IMG/VR virus record: IMGVR_UViG_3300030098_000917 | Location: 1-35,866 of that record | Source of the DNA: a virus | Length of the DNA stretch: 35,866 nt | Direction: 5' to 3' (one strand) | Part shown: one piece after another, positions 9,001 to 18,037 of the stretch | How the letters are laid out: each line of letters starts with the position of its first letter | How positions within the stretch are numbered: the first letter of the stretch is position 1 | Notes under the pieces: model-generated | The model's input: only the letters and a program-made list of their open reading frames with translations | Database searches by the model: none | Told to the model about the DNA's origin: nothing | Made by a program: the position numbers and the translations under genes

Positions 9001-9842
9001 ACTGGTGAAGCCTCTTCAGCCTCACGGACCGGGGCCTCTTCAGCCTCACGAACTGGAGCCTCTTCAAGATCACGGACTGGGGCCTCTTCAACCGCTTCCG
9101 TAGCTTCAGCCTTCCGAGCCTGTTCCTTCTGCCACGCCGTATCCAATGCTTGGTCAGGGTTCTTTCCAGCAGCTCGGTCCTTACGGGCCTTTCGCATGGC
9201 TCGAAGGCCGATGATGAACGGCTCACTCAAGGCACCCAGAATCCCACCTTCCATCAGGTTCTTGAGCCGACCCTCAATCTCGGTGTCATCCTCATCGGCA
9301 GCCAAGAACTCGGTGACCGGGTTGGCCAACGCCGGATACATCTCGATCAGGTTGGAGAGCCTCTGCTCCTGGGCGTCAAAGACCGCGAAGTCCGCAACGG
9401 CACCAGCCGTCATCGACTTGGCAAAGCCTGAGCCGTACTGAATAGCCTTGGCAGTCTTGACCTTGCCCGCAGCCTTCGCGGCCTGAGCAGCCTTGCCGAT
9501 CTTACCGGCCTTGAGGCCCACACCAGTCAGCCCGGCAACCTTGCCAAGATGACCCACGCCCCACATGCCTGGAGCGAAACCTGCCGCAAACTGAGTGATG
9601 CCTTGTACCAAACCACCCACAAGGGTCTTGGAATGGCCCAAACCAAAGTTATCCGGTGCATCGGGTAACCAATCCATCAGGGCCCAATCAGCCAGATCGT
9701 ATACACCCTCAGCAGCACCCGCGATACCGCGTCCTATAGCAAAGACAGAGGCATCTGCCACGGTGCCCCAGAAGCCAAGATCCTCATCGGTAGCCGCAAG
9801 GCTCCCGTCAGGGTTCTGGTAGCCGGATAGATCAAACTTCAT
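6042..9842 (-). CDS. Internal virion (ejection/core) protein, T7 gp16-like
   Basis: 1266 aa. Size and position (the last of three internal protein genes before the tail fibre) match T7 gp16. I saw no SLT motif in it. Confidence 0.75.
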   Translation of the reverse strand: MKFDLSGYQNPDGSLAATDEDLGFWGTVADASVFAIGRGIAGAAEGVYDLADWALMDWLPDAPDNFGLGHSKTLVGGLVQGITQFAAGFAPGMWGVGHLGKVAGLTGVGLKAGKIGKAAQAAKAAGKVKTAKAIQYGSGFAKSMTAGAVADFAVFDAQEQRLSNLIEMYPALANPVTEFLAADEDDTEIEGRLKNLMEGGILGALSEPFIIGLRAMRKARKDRAAGKNPDQALDTAWQKEQARKAEATEAVEEAPVRDLEEAPVREAEEAPVREAEEASPVQSTEATNKVADYEARLEQEHGSDWPTKAKPGQIRHLKRLQNEQSGIPAGARSPAGTPYVDRQGVRRRKEAGHPYNLNRLSEVEEVDRMLDAQVRTGSPEFQEELAKVRRKPHDEVRDDAQAVNEEFRAMGARGLSRRQLDELDSTGQLEEVIAKQNVLRNYHQQYVHKADKLAEKALTGTAEDQVRFLLVQQRAEAVGVLVKRNQEKIAQALGAQRIQGTDMLPDRELIPMEVLDDADPRFVNETLAELGGGDMAKGRDQVQKMAARYTAVRKTQGEGAATKYLQDRARYSEMFVEYWLNSILSGPLTHMVNMTSNTINTLFLPFERFVGHAATLQFGKAADDLKFYVHLASQMQDAFSAAASSFKNWGDDLDQIGVIDTKTGYDRAIASGNTPRWVNNTVGNSAVNWIGKALNLPSRFLMAEDAFFKHLNYRATVREGLFAEGAKANKTGMALARHVEEGMNRMIVDGQHYSYKTVRLNAERQAADEVAARGISDIGERNAAVRARVKQLMDKNWKAFVDEDSGVNTRGELAKNAIQYGRDITYTRDLNDPDRARLVRAAGKYNQLVNDLPLLRLVTPFIRTPTNLLAFYLDRTVGAWADLGKMGYKGSVKHWKKINGETADILAKEGPAKEDLVGRLSTGAMLTFGGVMAVHSGIITGGGPTNPAERKLKEATGWQPYSIRVGDEWFSYRRFDPFASFFGTIADVSEVMAAAPPEEQESLQALVGAVINAAARNVTNKSYLTGMARAANVLSNPDRYDSSYLEQTISSMMPFSSMAGQTIGADDYQQEIRGVLDAMRAKYGLTGESDLEALGITSKVEPRRNIFGEEVERPDVLWPAPIHYSKVKDDVVMNELDMLGHQNAFGPPSRVVNAIDTTQYRNSKGQSFYDRWLELHGRVRIGGRTFRQAMKDLIRSPRYQNLPIEDMQGVESPRINELQKVIRKYRALAKDEALREFPEVKGLYDRNTQLKHYRRTGRDIQPLLDY
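9010..9099 (-). repeat. In-frame 24-nt tandem repeat (about 3.7 copies) encoding EEAPVR(D/E)(L/A)
   Basis: The plus-strand units are gcctcttcagcctcacggaccggg, gcctcttcagcctcacgaactgga, gcctcttcaagatcacggactggg and gcctcttcaaccgcttcc. The protein reads EEAPVRDLEEAPVREAEEAPVREAEEASPV. Confidence 0.9.
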
Positions 9843-9848
9843 GTGGTG

Positions 9849-12263
9849 TTACTCGCTTTGAAGTGCCTTGATAAGATCAGCGGGGATAGCCGGAAGGGTG
9901 TTAAGGCCAATTCCCTTAAGAGTAAGGGCCACAAAGCTTGAAGGCCCCTCGTCAAACGACACGGCGTTGTTCTCGCCCACCATGTCCCGATAGCCCAAGT
10001 AGCCCTCGACGATGCCGTTGCCAGGTAAACGCTCCTGAAGCTGCTCAGGAGTCAACCCGTCCTCGACGGCACTGAGGGCTTCGAGATCAGAGATCACCGT
10101 GTCCGGGTTGACCATGAGGGTCTTGTAGGGGCTTTTGAAGTCTGGGTTTACAGACAAGGGAACGCCCATGTCGTCAACACCCGTTCGCATGTTTTCCGGT
10201 GAGTACCCCAGAAGCCGACGAGCCTGAATGTATTGATCTGAGTGGCGATTCTCCACGAGAGTAATGAACATTCTCGTCTGAGCTTCCTCATCTGTAGGAC
10301 GCCCCGTAGCTGTCAGGATATCTAAGGCATCACCCTGAATAGCCTCTATAAAGGCCATAGAGTCCTGTCGGGATTCCTGATTGTATTCATTGATCTGAGC
10401 GTCTCGATTAGGTGTCTGAGGCGTTTGATGCAGCTGTCGAACATCGTCGATGTTGTCGATCATGGCACGCCTAATCCAAGTGCCTTCCTGCAACCCGATC
10501 TCTGGAAGTTCCTGGCCTTCCCTTAATTCCATGGCCGTTTGACCGACTCCAATGGCACTGGCAGCCGACTCGCGAGTCATGTCCTCCATGACCCGAAGGA
10601 CGTCGGGCGTGAAGACCTCGGGGTAGATAGCACCGTACTGACGAGCCTTCTCAAGATCGAAGGACTCGCCACGGCCCAGGGTGACCTCTCGCCACGCTCC
10701 GTTGATCGCCGCCGCTGCTTCGTTGAATGCCTCATTCATTTCTTCCTGAGTTGCCCCTCGCTTGATCAGTGCTTCAACGGCTCGATTGCCCATCATCTGA
10801 GGGCTGTTGGCTCTCATGGTGCCAAGGGTCGAAACGTCAATCGCATCGGTATTCATGCTTGTCGCACTTGCAGCCAACAGGTCAGCCTGTCCTTGTGCAC
10901 CATTAATCTGAGCAGCTGCCGAATCGTTAGCCAAAGACTTGGCAAGCATATCGACCTGTCGCTGGCTGTTGACGTACTGACGAATCTGCATTCGCATCCT
11001 TGGAGGCATATCCTCGTTGCTGAGGATTATTTCCACTTGATCGGGGTCATGGATGTTGGCATCAACCTGGTCGTACAAAGCCTTCTCATCAGCAGGTGAA
11101 ATACGTTCCTGATCGCTCTCATAGTCTTGAATAGCATCGCGGTACATTTCAGCCTGATACCTGTTCAGTGCTCTAGAGCTCACACTGTCACCGAGGCTAT
11201 CAACGACCATTGTCCACATGGCATCAGGGTCAATGGGGCCTTCTGATTCCACCATCAAGCGGTTTACCTCGTCACGAATGACCCGAACGTCATCTTGGAT
11301 CTCACTCTCGGTATTCTTGCCAAGGTTCTTCTCGGCGATGTTGAGCGAGTTTTCCAGTTCATCCAGGCTGTCGAGGTGATCCTTGGAGAGAGCCAGGGGG
11401 CCCGTCTTCTGAAGTTTGATCTGGTCGACCAAGTTCTGGAGCCTATCAATCTCATCCGCATCCTCGGCGGTGAGGCTTTGATTACGGACTGCTTCCACAA
11501 TGCCCTTCATGATGTGATCACGACCCGCGTCGCCTTCGAGCTCATAGAAGGTGTTGGACTTCTCGGTGACCAGTTCGTTGAGTTCCACGAAGTTGCTCCC
11601 ACCCTCAGCGTACTGACGGGCGAAATGGTACGAGGCGTCGTAGAGATCATCCCGGTTCTTCGCCACCATCCGTGACGCCTTCTGGGAGTTGACCTGAGCC
11701 AGCCAGTTGGCCGACATGGAGTTGTAGAGCTCGGAAGCCTTACGCTGGGCAAAGCCCCCTTGGATGTTTAGGCCCTCAAACGTGTCCCGAGCGAATGCCT
11801 GAGCATTCTCCTCGCTCATGGGGTTCGAGAAGCGGGAGATATTCGACGTCAGGGTCGGGGCAAACTCATCCCGCATCACCCGCTCGGCCAGGTACTCCAT
11901 GGCAACCATGCGGCGATAGGGATTGGACCCAAAGGTCAATAGGCCGCTCTGCTCTGCTTCCTTGGCCTGCCGCTTCAGTTCCGCACGGACCTGATCCGTA
12001 TTGAGCTGTGTGATCCTGATCTCTTCCTCGGCCTGGATCTTGTCCTTCTCACGGTCCCACATGGTCTGACCAAAGCCGAACAGGGCGTTGGAGAGCCGGG
12101 CAAAGGCTGCCTGCTCAGTGGCCGTATCGACCGCTAGGGCCACGGGAGCGGGCCGTGCAGGCATCTGGGGCGGCGTGGGGGCACGGAGATTAGGGGCGTA
12201 ATAGCCATCCCCGCGACTGGTACCCGCCTGGGGCCGAGGGAGTCGAGTGAAATCTTTAGCCAC
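9849..12263 (-). CDS. Internal virion protein, T7 gp15-like
   Basis: 804 aa helical protein. Size and synteny fit, as it lies between the gp14-like and gp16-like genes. Confidence 0.7.
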   Translation of the reverse strand: MAKDFTRLPRPQAGTSRGDGYYAPNLRAPTPPQMPARPAPVALAVDTATEQAAFARLSNALFGFGQTMWDREKDKIQAEEEIRITQLNTDQVRAELKRQAKEAEQSGLLTFGSNPYRRMVAMEYLAERVMRDEFAPTLTSNISRFSNPMSEENAQAFARDTFEGLNIQGGFAQRKASELYNSMSANWLAQVNSQKASRMVAKNRDDLYDASYHFARQYAEGGSNFVELNELVTEKSNTFYELEGDAGRDHIMKGIVEAVRNQSLTAEDADEIDRLQNLVDQIKLQKTGPLALSKDHLDSLDELENSLNIAEKNLGKNTESEIQDDVRVIRDEVNRLMVESEGPIDPDAMWTMVVDSLGDSVSSRALNRYQAEMYRDAIQDYESDQERISPADEKALYDQVDANIHDPDQVEIILSNEDMPPRMRMQIRQYVNSQRQVDMLAKSLANDSAAAQINGAQGQADLLAASATSMNTDAIDVSTLGTMRANSPQMMGNRAVEALIKRGATQEEMNEAFNEAAAAINGAWREVTLGRGESFDLEKARQYGAIYPEVFTPDVLRVMEDMTRESAASAIGVGQTAMELREGQELPEIGLQEGTWIRRAMIDNIDDVRQLHQTPQTPNRDAQINEYNQESRQDSMAFIEAIQGDALDILTATGRPTDEEAQTRMFITLVENRHSDQYIQARRLLGYSPENMRTGVDDMGVPLSVNPDFKSPYKTLMVNPDTVISDLEALSAVEDGLTPEQLQERLPGNGIVEGYLGYRDMVGENNAVSFDEGPSSFVALTLKGIGLNTLPAIPADLIKALQSE

Positions 12264-12274
12264 GGATTAGTCCT

Positions 12275-13048
12275 TTAATCTACCCAACTGGGCTTTGGTG
12301 AATGCCAGCCCCACATCTGCGTCTGGCCCCCATAACTCTGAATCCCCGGCATTTGGGGAGCCGGGGGCGTAGGCATAGTCCGAGGTGTCGCTGGGGTGTT
12401 CTGGAAGTAGAACTGGGCCGCGTTCAGCATGGTGCTCGCCCCACTCATCAGAGCACTGAATGAACTAGGCCGTGTGGTGACGCCAATGGGAGCCGGGAGG
12501 GCCGGAAGCGGTAGGGGCGTGGGGTTCGCAGAGTCGATACGGGCTTGGGTCTGAGCCTCGACGTCCTCACCAGCCGCGATGGCTTCATCAAACTTCCACT
12601 GACGCTCTCGAACGATGTTGTTCGTAGCCTCCAGCTCATTGAAGGCAATCGCATCCAACAGGTAGTCCACTGAGGCTCCGGCCACCTCTCGATCAGCGGC
12701 GTTGCCGATGAAGGCTGATTGAAGAGACCGGGAATCTCTGGCGATCTTGTTGATCTCCATGATCGAGACCACACGATCCTGCTCGACCCGTTCCTGGATC
12801 ATGTCGTAATTGCGGAGAGCCGCATCAGTAGCCCGACGAGCATTCTCAATGTACGTTTCATCCTGGTGCTCACGCTGCTTGGCGTGATATTCGCTCTCAG
12901 TCAGATACCGCTGCTGCTCGTAATCGTAGGCACGACGCTGGTTCATTGACTGAGCACGAGCCTGGGCTCTAGCAGCTTGGCTGCCTTGAACCATCTGCAT
13001 TCCGCCCATCGCTAATCCGGCGATGCCAATAGTGACAGGGTCGCACAT
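12275..13048 (-). CDS. Internal virion protein, T7 gp14-like
   Basis: 257 aa. It has a hydrophobic Gly/Ala-rich N-terminus (VTIGIAGLAMGGMQM), then a coiled-coil segment and a Pro-rich C-terminus. Called on synteny. Confidence 0.6.
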   Translation of the reverse strand: MCDPVTIGIAGLAMGGMQMVQGSQAARAQARAQSMNQRRAYDYEQQRYLTESEYHAKQREHQDETYIENARRATDAALRNYDMIQERVEQDRVVSIMEINKIARDSRSLQSAFIGNAADREVAGASVDYLLDAIAFNELEATNNIVRERQWKFDEAIAAGEDVEAQTQARIDSANPTPLPLPALPAPIGVTTRPSSFSALMSGASTMLNAAQFYFQNTPATPRTMPTPPAPQMPGIQSYGGQTQMWGWHSPKPSWVD

Positions 13049-13050
13049 AG

Positions 13051-13527
13051 TCAGTTAATCCTTACGAACTCATAGAAGGGTAATCGGCCAACCCCGAACT
13101 CGGGGTGTAGATTTATGAACGAAAATCCAAGCCACCTGAGCCACTTGATGTGGACAGTGTTCCTGGCATCCACGTAGTTGAACAACAGATCGAACTCGTC
13201 GTGGAGCTCTTGCAGACAATCCCGTGACCGCCTGAGCACAGGCAGCCAAGCCTTGGAAATCACATCAGAGCCCAGCATCCAGACCAGTCCTACGTTGTCG
13301 AGGACTGGAGCAGCACCGAACATCAGGATTGGCTCGCCTTTGTAGTGGGCACTCTGGCAGAGCGTGGAATTAGCCAAACCAGCCTCAAGGGCCTCATGGG
13401 GCGTAGAGCCACCATTCGCCGTAATCTCATCGACATCCGCTTGCCGTAACCGGCTCCCCAGATACTCAACGTCCTCTGGGACCGAGGGGCATACGAATAA
13501 GTCAGGAGTACCTTTGGGCTCGGGCAT
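13051..13527 (-). CDS. Internal virion protein A candidate (T7 gp13 position)
   Basis: 158 aa ORF directly downstream of the tail tubular B gene. It overlaps the tail tubular B stop by 26 nt. The ...NYVDARNTVHIKWLRWLGFSF... segment resembles gp13-family proteins as I remember them. Confidence 0.55.
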   Translation of the reverse strand: MPEPKGTPDLFVCPSVPEDVEYLGSRLRQADVDEITANGGSTPHEALEAGLANSTLCQSAHYKGEPILMFGAAPVLDNVGLVWMLGSDVISKAWLPVLRRSRDCLQELHDEFDLLFNYVDARNTVHIKWLRWLGFSFINLHPEFGVGRLPFYEFVRIN

Positions 13528-15943
13528 TCAGAGAGAGCTCAAACTCTGCCGACATGAGACTGCACGGCAGTGGGGTATCGTTCCGGCACTCAATCTTGAC
13601 CTGATCGGCCTTTGAGTACACCGGGACTCGGAAGGTGCCGGTCTCCAGGGGCACACTGCCCAAGGTGTTGCTACCGGCACCAAGGATTCTACCAGTGAAT
13701 GGATGCGTACTGGCGTCTCGGTAGTCCGGGGTCACGACGACTTTGAAGAACCCAGAGTCCGAATAGCTCAAGGTCATATATCGGACCTGCACCCGGCCTT
13801 CAGCTCTCGCCACATCCCCACCGCCTTGGGTGGGCTCACGCATGACGACATCACTGAACTCATAGACCATCTCGTACTGCTCGCCCAGCCAGTACGTAGT
13901 GGAGGAAAGATCCTCAGCCACCACGATCTGGTTGCTGTCGTTGGTCTGAGTAGCCACCGGAATACGCTTGCCAGCCTTGGTGATGACCTCGATCGTTGAA
14001 TTGGTGTATGCCTTGTACGGCATCGTGATCGTGGTGTTTCCCGTGCTTGCGTTGAACGAGGGGGTGGCTACCGTATGGTCAACCCTTCGATCCAACATGG
14101 TCCGATAGGTCGAGTCGGTGTCCACCAGACCCGACTCCATACGCATCTTGTCGAGGAAGATCCCATCGGCCCTCTTGACCACTATATACAGGGTGGTGTC
14201 GATGAACTCGATCCCAAGGATCGTATCGTTCGAGGAGAACTTGAAGCGGCACCAAGAGGATTGGAGCCTCTCCCGTCCTTTATCAAAGAACTTGTAGACG
14301 TACAGGCTCGACCGATCCCCATCAGCCAGGACGAACAAGACGTCCTCGTGGCTAGATCCCGCCATGTCTCGAATAGTGCCACTGATGTACTGAGGAACCT
14401 GATTCGCTATGTCCTCTGCATCGAAGAGAGTCTCAGCTGTGTCAGCGGAAATGTAGTATTGCCTCAGTCCACTGTATGAGCCCCGATTGAACCCGAAGTA
14501 GATTGAAGACCCCAGGGTCACAGGGCGAGCATCCGCGAGGGACTCGTAGTTCGTAGTCTTGGTGATCGCCACCGTCTTGGGGCTCAAAGGCGATGAGCCT
14601 TGGAGGACAAACTGAGTCTGATCGCTGAACAAGACCAGTTGCCGAGCGAAGGGGATAGCCGACTGAAGAATGGAGACGGTGGTGTGCGTGGAGGCCACAT
14701 CAATGGGGTCCGTATCCAGCAGATCGGTGACCGTGGTTCTCCAGAAGTTGAAGAACTCAGCCGTCTCCGACATCACTACATTCTCATCGGCCAGGAAGCC
14801 CAGACGGTTCTTGAAGAAGAAGATGTCATTGATCGTGGTGCCAATGAAGGTGGGGTCGGCGTTGCTTACTTCATCCCCACAGTTTCGTTCTCCCCATGTG
14901 GGAAACAGAGCATGGGAGCCATCGCAGGGGCCGAACCTGAAGGTGTCAGCATTTTCTCGGACCAGCACATGAGGCATGGTTGCGGCACTGAACTTGTATT
15001 TGATGTTCTTCTGGCGGAACTCCTGCCAGTAACCAGTGCCAAATACGCCATCATCCGCGACAAACTGGACGTAGTAGTCATCCCGAGTATCGGTTGCATC
15101 CCCGACAATCTTGACCTCAAAGCCGTGAGGGGCCGTGGTCGGAAGGTCTGTAAGGTGCTGGGTTTCATCTTTGATGATGACAAGGGCGGTGTCTCCCAAG
15201 CCGTCGAAGCCGTCAATCGTGAAATCGGTGGTGCTATCGCTCTTAATCCAGATGACGCTGCCAGACCGAGACACGGTGCAGTTGGTCACACTGCCGTCGA
15301 TCTGATCAGCGATGTAGTCCGTAGCGATCAATGCACGATCAGCCGTCACATCTCCGTCAGCACTTGTGTGGGTTTGTGTCGTGGTGTCACTACCGTGAAC
15401 GACCGTGTATTCGTACTTGGTTGAGTAGTCGCCCTGCTTGACGAACACCAAAGCCTCCGGGTTCCGGTTGGTCCCCAAAGCCGCGTCCATCTCCACCGGC
15501 TTGGTTCGATTCACCAAGAAGGTGTAGTCAGCGATGGTAATGGCTCGAAGGTTTGTATCAGCTTTGGTGGCTGAGTTTGGCATGTTCAAGTAGGCCAGGT
15601 CAGTTGCATCGACCGCGTTACCATCGTAATCCTTAACAGTCTTGGCCGTGCCGTCGATGTCGTGGACTGTTAGGGTTGCTCCGCTGTTGGTGGACTTGAT
15701 AGTCACCACATACCGCTCGGTAGAATCCCGATTGATCGTGTGAATGAAGTAGTCATTCGCGTTCCCACTGGCGGTGGAGTCGATGTTAGCCACATGCTCC
15801 GTGGGCATTCGCTTGGTAAGGCCCTCCAGGACGCTGGGGATCGCATTGTCTTGAACGTCACATTGGTTCTCGAACCGAACGGTATCCGGCTGCTGAGACA
15901 CGCCCCCAATAAGGTTGGAGATTCCCTTGCTGACAAGTGCCAT
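13502..15943 (-). CDS. Tail tubular protein B / nozzle (T7 gp12-like)
   Basis: 813 aa. The N-terminus ISNLIGGVSQQPDTVRFENQCDVQDNAIPSVLEGLTKR is the characteristic gp12 signature. Synteny agrees. Confidence 0.85.
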   Translation of the reverse strand: MALVSKGISNLIGGVSQQPDTVRFENQCDVQDNAIPSVLEGLTKRMPTEHVANIDSTASGNANDYFIHTINRDSTERYVVTIKSTNSGATLTVHDIDGTAKTVKDYDGNAVDATDLAYLNMPNSATKADTNLRAITIADYTFLVNRTKPVEMDAALGTNRNPEALVFVKQGDYSTKYEYTVVHGSDTTTQTHTSADGDVTADRALIATDYIADQIDGSVTNCTVSRSGSVIWIKSDSTTDFTIDGFDGLGDTALVIIKDETQHLTDLPTTAPHGFEVKIVGDATDTRDDYYVQFVADDGVFGTGYWQEFRQKNIKYKFSAATMPHVLVRENADTFRFGPCDGSHALFPTWGERNCGDEVSNADPTFIGTTINDIFFFKNRLGFLADENVVMSETAEFFNFWRTTVTDLLDTDPIDVASTHTTVSILQSAIPFARQLVLFSDQTQFVLQGSSPLSPKTVAITKTTNYESLADARPVTLGSSIYFGFNRGSYSGLRQYYISADTAETLFDAEDIANQVPQYISGTIRDMAGSSHEDVLFVLADGDRSSLYVYKFFDKGRERLQSSWCRFKFSSNDTILGIEFIDTTLYIVVKRADGIFLDKMRMESGLVDTDSTYRTMLDRRVDHTVATPSFNASTGNTTITMPYKAYTNSTIEVITKAGKRIPVATQTNDSNQIVVAEDLSSTTYWLGEQYEMVYEFSDVVMREPTQGGGDVARAEGRVQVRYMTLSYSDSGFFKVVVTPDYRDASTHPFTGRILGAGSNTLGSVPLETGTFRVPVYSKADQVKIECRNDTPLPCSLMSAEFELSLNARAQRYS

Positions 15944-16548
15944 TAGGAGACCCTGTTCCTCACGTTGCCCCGGTCGATGACCCGGTAGACGTCGTAGTGG
16001 TCGAAGATGGTGTAGTCACCGCCGTCACTCTCAGCTTCACGGAGCGTGATGAGAGCCTGGTATTCGTCCTTCTCGTTGAAGTCGTGATGCTTGCCGGAGC
16101 CCACCACACGGTCTTGGAACCTGCGGGCTGATCGGATCATGATGTAGTGCCGGGCTGCCTGGGGCAGATCGGTCCACTCAAGCAGATAGATAATCGTGCA
16201 TTTGAGGGCGTCCTCGATCGTGAAGGTCCGATCGGTCTTGTTGTAAATCTTCTGACCCCGCTGCACGTAGAGCTTGGTGCCAGCGTTCTTGGGCTCCACA
16301 TCTATACGAGCCACGTTCTCGGAAAGAACGATCTCGTTGTCTGTGGTCGGGTTCAGCTCCACCTCGTATTCCCGATTGAAGTTCCAACCGGCGGTCTGGA
16401 TCTCGCGGGACACCTCATCCAGAATCTTCTGGGCCATGATGACATCAGAGGTCTGACTGGAGGCATCGAGAGTGTTTACCGGAGCCTCTCCGATAGCAGA
16501 CATCATCGTGTTGATGGCTTCCAGTTTGGTGGTGTTTGAGAGAGGCAT
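15943..16548 (-). CDS. Tail tubular protein A / adaptor (T7 gp11-like)
   Basis: 201 aa. The N-terminus KLEAINTMMSAIGEAPVNTLD is typical of gp11. It has an AAGGA RBS, and both synteny and size fit. Confidence 0.85.
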   Translation of the reverse strand: MPLSNTTKLEAINTMMSAIGEAPVNTLDASSQTSDVIMAQKILDEVSREIQTAGWNFNREYEVELNPTTDNEIVLSENVARIDVEPKNAGTKLYVQRGQKIYNKTDRTFTIEDALKCTIIYLLEWTDLPQAARHYIMIRSARRFQDRVVGSGKHHDFNEKDEYQALITLREAESDGGDYTIFDHYDVYRVIDRGNVRNRVS

Positions 16549-16559
16549 AGGTATTCCTT

Positions 16560-16594
16560 AAGTGAAAGGAGGTGACCCCCCGAAGGGGGCCACC
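16560..16594 (-). terminator. Stem-loop terminator downstream of the capsid gene (T7 T-phi position)
   Basis: The minus-strand RNA is GGUGGCCCCC-UUCG-GGGGGUCACC followed by UCCUUUCACUU. The stem is 10 bp with one mismatch and carries a UUCG tetraloop. Confidence 0.6.
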
Positions 16595-16622
16595 CCCGAT
16601 TGGCCGGGACAATGGCCTAGTA

Positions 16623-17624
16623 TCAGACAGTCAGTTCCACGAGAGCCTCGTGGCGGAGGATGTCGTGGCCCATGGCGTACCGAGCGACCATCAGGGTTCC
16701 CTGACGCTCGACCTGGTACTCGGTCTCGACTGCGAGATCCATGAGCTTGACCGTACCAAGAGCACTACGCTGGAAGACGAGGCCCTTGGTGATGCTGCCA
16801 GTGGTACCAACGAAATCGTGGGCACCATCAGCGGAGCCTTGGTCGCCAGCATCCGGGGTCCAGTCTGCCGAAGGCATGTGATTGGACTTGAGGATGCGGA
16901 TACCCGCCACGCTCAGGACAACACCGCTGGAGAGGGAACCGTTGCCATCGTTACCGTAGTCACGGTTGATGGCGTCCTTGTTCTCCTCGACCAGGAGGTA
17001 GTATTCGGCCGGAGCCAGAACACAGAAGCGATCGTTAGCGGGCACATTCTTCTCATCGAGTTTCTGTGCGGCGTCAACGATGCCACCCAACAGGTGGGCA
17101 CCATCGTCGGCATTGCCGATGTCGAGTTTAGTACCGAGGTACTTAGTGTCACCGGTGTTATTGAAACGGTCGGTGGTTGCACGGGCTCCTGCGAGACCGT
17201 AGTTGATCAGCGTGGTGTCCGCTGAGTTGGCCAGGGCGAAGCCCATCTGCCGGGTGTACTCAGAACGAACGTCCCAGTGCGACTTAGCTTCGTCGATGTT
17301 GGCGACGAATACACCGGAGACCAGGAGATCATTGATCGTCACCGTGATTTCACCAGTGGCGATGGGAGACAGGTAATCATTGTCACCTGCATCCTGATCT
17401 TCGATGATCGACTCACCAGGGGTGTGGTAACGAGCGTTGGCGGTGCCGACGGCCGGGAACTGGGCCGACTTGCCGCTTGTGATGGTTCGCACGGTATGAC
17501 AAGGCATCATCACGCAAGCTTCCTCGAAGGTGGCGAGAACTTCACCAGCCCACTGCTTAAGGAAAAGGGCGTCCTGAGTGCCTGCATTATCAAGCAAACC
17601 AGGCCGCGAAAGTTGCATAGCCAT
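16623..17624 (-). CDS. Major capsid protein (T7 gp10-like)
   Basis: 333 aa. The segment ...ALFLKQWAGEVLATFEE...VRTITSGKSAQFPAVG... matches the conserved N-terminal pattern of T7-like capsid proteins. Synteny agrees. Confidence 0.9.
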   Translation of the reverse strand: MAMQLSRPGLLDNAGTQDALFLKQWAGEVLATFEEACVMMPCHTVRTITSGKSAQFPAVGTANARYHTPGESIIEDQDAGDNDYLSPIATGEITVTINDLLVSGVFVANIDEAKSHWDVRSEYTRQMGFALANSADTTLINYGLAGARATTDRFNNTGDTKYLGTKLDIGNADDGAHLLGGIVDAAQKLDEKNVPANDRFCVLAPAEYYLLVEENKDAINRDYGNDGNGSLSSGVVLSVAGIRILKSNHMPSADWTPDAGDQGSADGAHDFVGTTGSITKGLVFQRSALGTVKLMDLAVETEYQVERQGTLMVARYAMGHDILRHEALVELTV

Positions 17625-17716
17625 AGTAAATGCCTCTTAATTCAGGTTTAGGAATTGAACGTGTCGCGTTCCTCAACGCCTCGGACCACTGGTTATCCGC
17701 CTCGACGGGCCAGTTC

Positions 17717-17968
17717 CTAATTCGCAGAAGCTTCTTGCGACTCAAGTGACCCGGCATACCAACCTTCAGGAAGGTCTACCGGGTTGCTGGAAAGCTCCCA
17801 CGTGGAGCCATTCCAGAAATAGACATGACCCCGTATTCCGGGGCCAAGCCTGATAAGTGCATCTGATTCAGGGACGAAGACTACTTTTGTGCCTCCGCAG
17901 CCGGTCACGCCAGCGGCGGCGAACATCAGAAGGAACGTCAGGAGCATCGTGTCCAGTCGTTGCTTCAT
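17717..17968 (-). CDS. Small lipoprotein (83 aa)
   Basis: It has a signal peptide with a lipobox, MLLTFLLMFAAAGVTGC, and a GGAG RBS. The mature part is about 60 aa. Confidence 0.65.
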   Translation of the reverse strand: MKQRLDTMLLTFLLMFAAAGVTGCGGTKVVFVPESDALIRLGPGIRGHVYFWNGSTWELSSNPVDLPEGWYAGSLESQEASAN

Positions 17969-18037
17969 TGGTCTTCTCCCACATGAATGGGATCAAAGCC
18001 TTGAACAAGGCCACAAGGGCCATGCTTATGGCTTCGA

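Noticed and set aside
9010-9099. CRISPR-like or other spacer-repeat array
   Set aside because: The only regular tandem repeats are contiguous, without spacers, and in frame within a coding gene. I saw no repeat-spacer architecture anywhere in the window.
8546-9226. 226-aa alternative-frame minus-strand ORF inside the gp16-like gene, and similar cases at 26905..27501, 26379..26819, 18601..18978 and 12448..12774
   Set aside because: They are embedded in other frames of long, well-supported genes. Their composition is Arg/Ser/Pro-rich, and they have no RBS or motif.
16549-16700. T7 10A/10B-style programmed frameshift extension of the capsid gene
   Set aside because: No open alternative frame continues past the capsid stop. 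Only 74 nt, occupied by a terminator hairpin, separate it from the next gene.
17625-17716. Phage-RNAP promoter or terminator upstream of the capsid gene
   Set aside because: The region has short hairpins (GCGTT-GAGG-AACGC, TTAGGAA...TTCCTAA) and a CGAGGCG direct repeat. It shows no similarity to the promoter-like motif at 684..707 and has no U-tract, so there is not enough evidence to call a feature.
17870-18023. 51-aa ORF (MALVALFKALIPFMW...) overlapping the lipoprotein gene, considered as an Rz-like i-spanin with an embedded Rz1
   Set aside because: It is too short, the N-terminal hydrophobic stretch is too weak for a TM segment, the remainder is Arg-rich junk-like sequence, and there is no coiled-coil periplasmic domain.
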